Positions 58,152 to 64,000 of a DNA stretch of 64,000 nt are shown in pieces. A program made the translations under genes and the position numbers. Where the stretch lies: the NCBI RefSeq assembly GCF_009914755.1, contig NC_060927.1. The stretch is one strand, 5' to 3'. How positions within the stretch are numbered: the stretch's first letter is position 1; each line of letters begins with the position of its first letter. The DNA comes from the human T2T-CHM13v2.0 reference genome, Homo sapiens. A model generated the notes under the pieces. It worked only from the letters and a program-made list of their open reading frames with translations. It was not told the DNA's origin and ran no database searches.

Positions 58152-58186
<35 letters not shown>
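58152..58186. repeat. Poly(T)35 tract
   Basis: Direct read. Confidence 0.9.
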
Positions 58187-58188
<2 letters not shown>

Positions 58189-58248
58189 CAATTCTTACCA
58201 TTGATTTGAAGGAAAGCACAGGAAAAACAAGGGCTTAACATATTTGCA

Positions 58249-60584
58249 GGTACTGCTGCCATCTCAGCTCACTGCAGCCTCCCTGCCTGATTCTCCTGCC
58301 TCAGCCTGCCGAGTGCCTGCGATTGCAGGTGCGCGCCACCACGCCTGACTGGTTTTCGTATTTTTTTGGTGGAGACGGGGTTTCGCTGTGTTGGCCGGGC
58401 TGGTCTCCAGCTGCTAACTGCGAGTGATCCGCCAGCCTCGGCCTCCCGAGGTGCCGGGATTGCAGACGGAGTCTGGTTCACTCAGTGCTCAATGGTGCCC
58501 AGGCTGGAGTGCAGTGGCGTGATCTCGGCTCGCTACAACCTCCACCTCCCAGCCACCTGCCTTGGCCTCCCAAAGTGCCAAGATTACAGCCTCTGCCCGG
58601 CCGCCACCCCGTCTGGGAAGTGAGGAGCATCTCTGCCTGGCCGCCCATCGTCTGGGACGTGAGGAGCCCCTCTGCCTGGCTACCCAGTCTGGAAAGTGAG
58701 GAGCGTCTCTGCCCGGCCGCCATCCCATCTAGGAAGTGAGGAGCGCCTCTTCCCGGCTGCCATCCCATCTAGGAAGTGAGGAGCTTCTCTGCTCGGCCGC
58801 CCATCGTCTGAGATGTGGGGAGCGCCTCTGCCCCGCCGCCCCGTCTGGGATGTGAGAAGCGCCTCTACCTGGCCGCGACCCCGTCTGGGAGGTGAGGAGC
58901 GTCTCTGCCCAGCCGCCCCGTCTGAGAAGTGAGGAGACCCTCCGCCTGGCAACCGCCCCATATGAGAAGTGAGGAGCCCCTCCGCCCGGCAGCCACCCCG
59001 TCTGGGAAGTGAGGAGCATCTCTGCCCAGCAGCCACCCCATCCGGGAGGGAGGTGGGGGTCAGCCCCCGCCAGGCCAGCCGCCCCGTCCGGGAGGGAGGT
59101 GGGGGGATCAGCCCCCTGCCCAGCCAGCCGCCCCGTCCGGGAGGGAGGTGGGGGGGTCAGCCCCCCGCCCGGCCAGCCGCACCGTCTGGGAGGGAGGTGG
59201 GGGGGGGTCAGTCTCCCCCCGGCCAGCCGCCCCGTCCGGGAGGTGAGGGGCGCCTCTGCCCGGCCGCCCCTACTGTGAAGTGAGGATCCCCTCTGCCCGG
59301 CCAGCCGCCCCATCCGGGAAGGAGGTGGGGGGGTCAGCCCCCCGCCCGGCCAGCCGCCCCATCTGGGAGGGAGGTGGGGGGGTCAGCCCCCCGCCCGGCC
59401 AGCCGCCCCGTCCAGGAGGGAGGTGGGGGGTCAGCCCCCCGCCCGGCCAGCCGCCCCGTCTGGGAGGTGAGGGGCACCTCTGCCCGGCCGCCCCTACTGG
59501 GAAGTGAGGAGCCCCTCTGCCCGGCCAGCTGCCCCGTCCGGGAGGTGAGGGGCGCCTCTGCCCGGCCTCCCCTACTGGGAAGTGAGGAGCCCCTCTGCCA
59601 GGCTAGCCGCCCCGTCTGGGAGGGAGGTGGGGGGTCAGCCCCCCGCCCGGCCAGCCGCCCCGTCCGGGAGGTGAGGGGCGCCTCTGCCCGGCCGCCCCTA
59701 CTGGGAAGTGAGGAGCCCCTCTGCCCGGCCAGCCGCCCAGTCCGGGAGGGAGGTGGGGGGTCAGCCCCCCGCCCGGCCAGCCGCCCCGTCCGGGAGGGAG
59801 GTGGAGGGGTCAGTCCCCCGCCCGGCCAGCCGCCCTGTCCGGGAGGGAGGTGGGGGGTTCAGCCCCCGCCCGGCCAGCCGCCCCATCCGGGAGGGAGGTG
59901 GGGGTGTGAGCTTCCTGCCCGGCCAGCCGCCCCGTCCGGGAGGGAGGTGAGGGGGTCAGCCCCCCGCCCGGCCAGCCGCCCGGTCCGGGAGGTGAGGGGC
60001 GCCTCTGCCCGGCCGCCCCTACTGGGAAGTGAGGAGCCCCTCTGCCCAGCCACCACCCCGTCTGGGAGGTGTACCCAACAGCTCATTGAGAACGGGCCAT
60101 GATGACAATGGTGGTTTTGTGGAATAGAAAGGGGGGAAAGGCGGGGAAAGGATTGAGAAATCGGATGGTTGCCATGTCTGTGTAGAAAGAGGTAGACATG
60201 GGAGACTTTTCATTTTGTTCTGTACTAAGAAAAATTCTTCTGCCTTGTGATCCTGTTGATCGGTGACCCTACCCCCAACCCTGTGCTCTCTGAAACATGT
60301 GCTGTGTCCACTCAGGGTTAAATGGATTAAGGGTGGTGCAAGATGTGCTTTGTTAAACAGATGCTTGAAGGCAGCATGCTCGTTAAGAGTCATCACCACT
60401 CCCTAATCTCAAGTACCCAGGGACACAAACACTCTGCCTAGGAAAACCAGAGACCTTTGTTCACTTGTTTATCTGCTGACCCTCCCTCCACTATTGTCCT
60501 ATGACCCTGCCAAATCCCCCTCTGTGAGAAACACCCAAGAATGATCAATAAAAAACAAACAAACAAACAAACAAAAAAAACCAA
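58249..60584 (+). mobile_element. SVA retrotransposon (SVA_D-like), 5'-truncated without CCCTCT hexamer, antisense to ANKRD28
   Basis: Alu-like region, GC-rich VNTR (about 58590-60070), SINE-R, AATAAA plus A-rich tail; TSD aacatatttgca at 58237-58248 and 60585-60596. Confidence 0.95.
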
Positions 60585-60740
60585 AACATATTTGCAAATA
60601 AACACAAAGCTTGGAGAGACCACACAATATCTCATGTGATAATGGAATTTAAACTCAGTTATCTTGACAGACCTAAAATGTAATTCCTGATTAGGTTAAA
60701 ATATAAGTCGTATGCTCTCCAGCAGTGCAGTGTGGCTTTT

Positions 60741-60742
<2 letters not shown>

Positions 60743-60796
<54 letters not shown>
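60743..60796. repeat. (AC)n microsatellite
   Basis: About 24 pure units, direct read. Confidence 0.92.
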
Positions 60797-61512
60797 CAAA
60801 AACAAAACCCAACTCCTAATACTCGGATATCCATTTATTCAGAAAAATATGCAGTACTTACACAGAGCTGAACTATATGCTACTCTTAAAGAATGACAGT
60901 CATAAATCATAGTAGTAGAGACAGATTGAGATAGCCAGCTAGTAGGAGGTGGTGTGGAAACTATGTCACTGAAGGAGAGTTGGGGAGTCTAGGAATATTT
61001 AACCTGAAGCAGTCTTTCTTAACCTAGTTTCAGTGAGGTAATTAAGCACTAAGGTAGTACGGTATGTGCTAAGTTAAGTTCTCTTCTATGCATCTATCAC
61101 TGTGCTAGCTATTCTGTCCTTAGGAGAATTTAGAAAACAGTCACTCCAATCAGCTTGCACAGGATTTAATTCTCCCATGGTATCTCAAAAATATAAACCA
61201 AAAGCCACCTACAGGTGAAAAACCCATCTTTCTGTGGCCATAGCTATATTTTCTGTTAAATGTAATAAGTATAGCTACTTTTGCTCTCAGGACTTAATGA
61301 AAATAAGTAACGATGGTGTAAGTGATACTCTTGACACTAATGACTAGGTTTTCTAGCAGTTTTACTACTTAGGAGACCTTCTTTTCAAAAGAAAAATGAT
61401 ACTCAGTGTTTACAGAAGTTATATCTTTTTGGAATGGCCACATTTTATAGCTGTTTCTCATAATCCTGCAAAAGAGTATCAATACTACATAGCCTTGTAA
61501 TTTTTAGTTATC

Positions 61513-61813
61513 TTTTTCTTTTTTTTTTAGATAGAGTTTCACTTTTGTCACCCAGGCTGGAGCGCAATGGCGCGATCTTGGCTCACTGCCACGTCTGCCT
61601 CCCAGGTTCAAGCGATCCTCCTCAGCCTCCAGAGTAGCTGAAACTACAGGCGGGCACCACCAAACCTGGCTTTTTTTTTTTTTTTGTACTTTTCATAGAG
61701 ATGGGGTTTCACCATGTTGGCCAGGCTGGTCTTGAACTCCTGACCTCAGGTGATCTGCCCACCTCAGCCTCCCAAACTGCTGGGATTCCAGGCGTGAGCC
61801 ACCGCGCCTGGCC
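61513..61813 (-). mobile_element. AluS
   Basis: Full dimer; no TSD recognised. Confidence 0.88.
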
Positions 61814-61819
61814 AATACA

Positions 61820-64000
61820 GTATTTTCTTTATCCAGTCATTGACTGATGCGTATTTGGGCTGGTTCCATATTTTTACAATTGCAAATTGTGCTGCTATAA
61901 ACATGTGTGTACCAGTATCTTTTTCTTATAATGACCTCTTTTTCTCTGGATTGATATCTAAGTGGTGGGATTGCTGGATCAAATGGTAGATTTAGTTCTT
62001 TAAGGAATTTCCACACTGTTTTCCATAATGGTTGTACTAGTTTACATTCCCACCGACAGTGTAAAAGTGTTCCCTTTTCATTGCATCCACACCAACATCT
62101 ATTATTTTTTCATTTTTTTGACTATGGCCATTCTTGCAGGAGTAAAGTGGTATCGCTTTGTGGTTTTGATTTACATTTCCCTGATAATTAGTGATGTTAT
62201 TTTTCCATGTTTGTTGGCCCTCTGTACATCTTCTTTTGACAATTGTCTATTCATGTCCTTAGCCCACTTTTTGATGGGATTGTTTTTTTCTTGCTGATTT
62301 GTTTGAGTTCCTTGTAGATTCTGGATATTACTCCTTTGTTAGGTGTATAGATTGCAAAGATTTTCTCCTACTCTGTGAGTTGTTAATGCTGCTGATTGTT
62401 TTCTTTTGCTGTGCAGAAGCTTTTCAGTTTAATTAAGTCCCATCTATTTTTTGCTTTTGGATTCTTGGTCATGACGTCTTTGCCTAAACCAATGTCTAGA
62501 AGGGTTTTTTCTGATGTTATCTTCTAGAATCTCTATGGTTTCAGGTCTTAGATTTAAGTCTTTGATCCACCTTGAGTTGATTTTTGTATAAGGTGAGAGA
62601 TGATGATACAGTTTCCTTCTTCTAATGTGGCTTGCCAATTATCCCAGCCTCATTTGTTGAACAGGGTGTCCTTTCCCCACTGTTTTTGTTTGCTTTGTCA
62701 AAGATCAGTTGGCTGTAAGTATTTGGCCTTATTTCTGGGTTCTATTTCTGTTCCATTGCTCTATATATCTATTTTTATACCAGTACCATGCTGTTTTGGT
62801 GACTATGGCCTTATAGCATAGTTTGAAGTCAGGTAATGTGATGCCTCCAGATTTGGTCTTTTTGCTTAGTCTTGCTTTGGCTATGCAGGCTCCTTTTTGG
62901 TTCCATATGAATTTCAGAATTTTTTTTCTAATTCTGTGAAGAATGATGGTGGTATTTTGATGAGAAATGCACTGAATTTGTAGATTGCTTTTGGCAGCAT
63001 GGTCATTTTTGCACCATTGATTCTACCCATCCATGAGCATGGGATATGTTTCTATTTGTGTTGTCTATGACTTTTTTCAGCCCTGTTTTGTAGTTTTCCT
63101 TGTAGGGGTCTTTCACCTCCTTGGTTAGGTATACTCCTAGCTATTTTACTGTTTTTCTGCAGCCATTGTGAAAGGGAATGAGTTCTTGATTTGATGCTCA
63201 ACTTGGTCGCCATTAGTGTATAGCAGAACTACTGATTTGTGTACATTAATTTTGTATCCTGAAACTTTGCTAAATTCATTTACCAGTTCTAGGAGGTTTT
63301 GGAATGAGTCTTTAGGGTTTTCTAGGTATGCGATCATATCATCAGCAAACAGTGACAGTTTGACTTCCTCTTTACTGATTTGGATGCCCTTTATTTCATT
63401 CTCTTGTCTGATGTCTCTGGCTAGGACTTCCAGTACTATTTTGAATAGAAGTGGTGAAAGTAGGCATCCCTGTCTTGTTCTGGTTCTCAGGGGGAATGCT
63501 TTAAACTTTTCCCCATTCAGTAAAATGTTGGATGCGAGTTTGTCATAGACAGCTTCTATTACCTTAAGATATGTCCCTTCTATGCTGATGTTGCTGACAG
63601 TTTTAATCATAAAAGGATGCTGGATTTTGTCAAATGCTTTTTCTGCATCTATTGGGATGATCATGTGATATTTGTTTTTAATTCTGTTTATGTGGTGTAT
63701 CACATTTACTGACTTAGGTATGTTAATAACACCATCCATGCACCCCTGGTATGAAACCCACCTGATCATGGTGGATTATCTTTTTGATATGCTGTTGGAT
63801 TTGGTTTGCCAGTATTTTGTTGAGGACTTATGCATCTATGCTCATCAGGGATATTGGTCTGTGGTTTTGTTACGTCCTTCCCTGGTTTTGGTATTAGGGT
63901 GACACTGGCTTCATAGAATGATTTAGGAAGGATTGCCTCTTTTGGAAAAGTATCAATAGGACTGGTACCAATTCTTCCTCAAATGTTTGATAGAATTCAG
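61820..64000 (-). mobile_element. L1PB-type ORF2 fragment running off the window edge
   Basis: RT motifs [10 protein letters not shown] and LFADDMI in ORF 63146-63769; degenerate. Confidence 0.88.

Noticed and set aside
58269-60399. Many overlapping Pro/Gly/Arg-rich ORFs (up to 242 aa)
   Set aside because: Artefacts of the stop-poor, GC-rich SVA VNTR.

Overview
Hominid, most likely human, genomic DNA (Alu, L1PA, SVA and 7SL copies). The window lies inside one minus-strand gene that I recognise from its translation as ANKRD28 (PP6 regulatory ankyrin-repeat subunit A). I traced 17 internal coding exons between 53544 and 1540. All have GT-AG boundaries and consistent phases, and they splice to 2038 nt of open frame ([10 protein letters not shown]...HWACYNG). 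The start and stop codons lie outside the window. The introns are rich in transposable elements: about 30 Alu/FLAM copies, L1PA/L1PB/L1M pieces, a 5'-truncated SVA, a MER11 solo LTR, MaLR/MER21 LTRs, a near-full-length Tigger1, MITEs and MIRs. They also hold a miRNA hairpin (MIR3134) and a 7SL copy (probably RN7SL4P). I found no convincing new multi-gene system. The most interesting signals are small-scale: a tailless, microhomology-primed 7SL retrocopy inside an LTR; a miRNA hairpin made by fold-back duplication within an L1PB; three retrotransposons stacked at one target site; an atypical G/GTTAAGTAT donor; a 27-nt microexon followed by a 28-bp tandem duplication; a candidate L1 3' transduction; and a possible antisense terminal exon built from an Alu and an LTR. 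Gene, repeat-subfamily and miRNA names come from my recall of the sequences, not from database searches. Repeat boundaries without TSDs are approximate.
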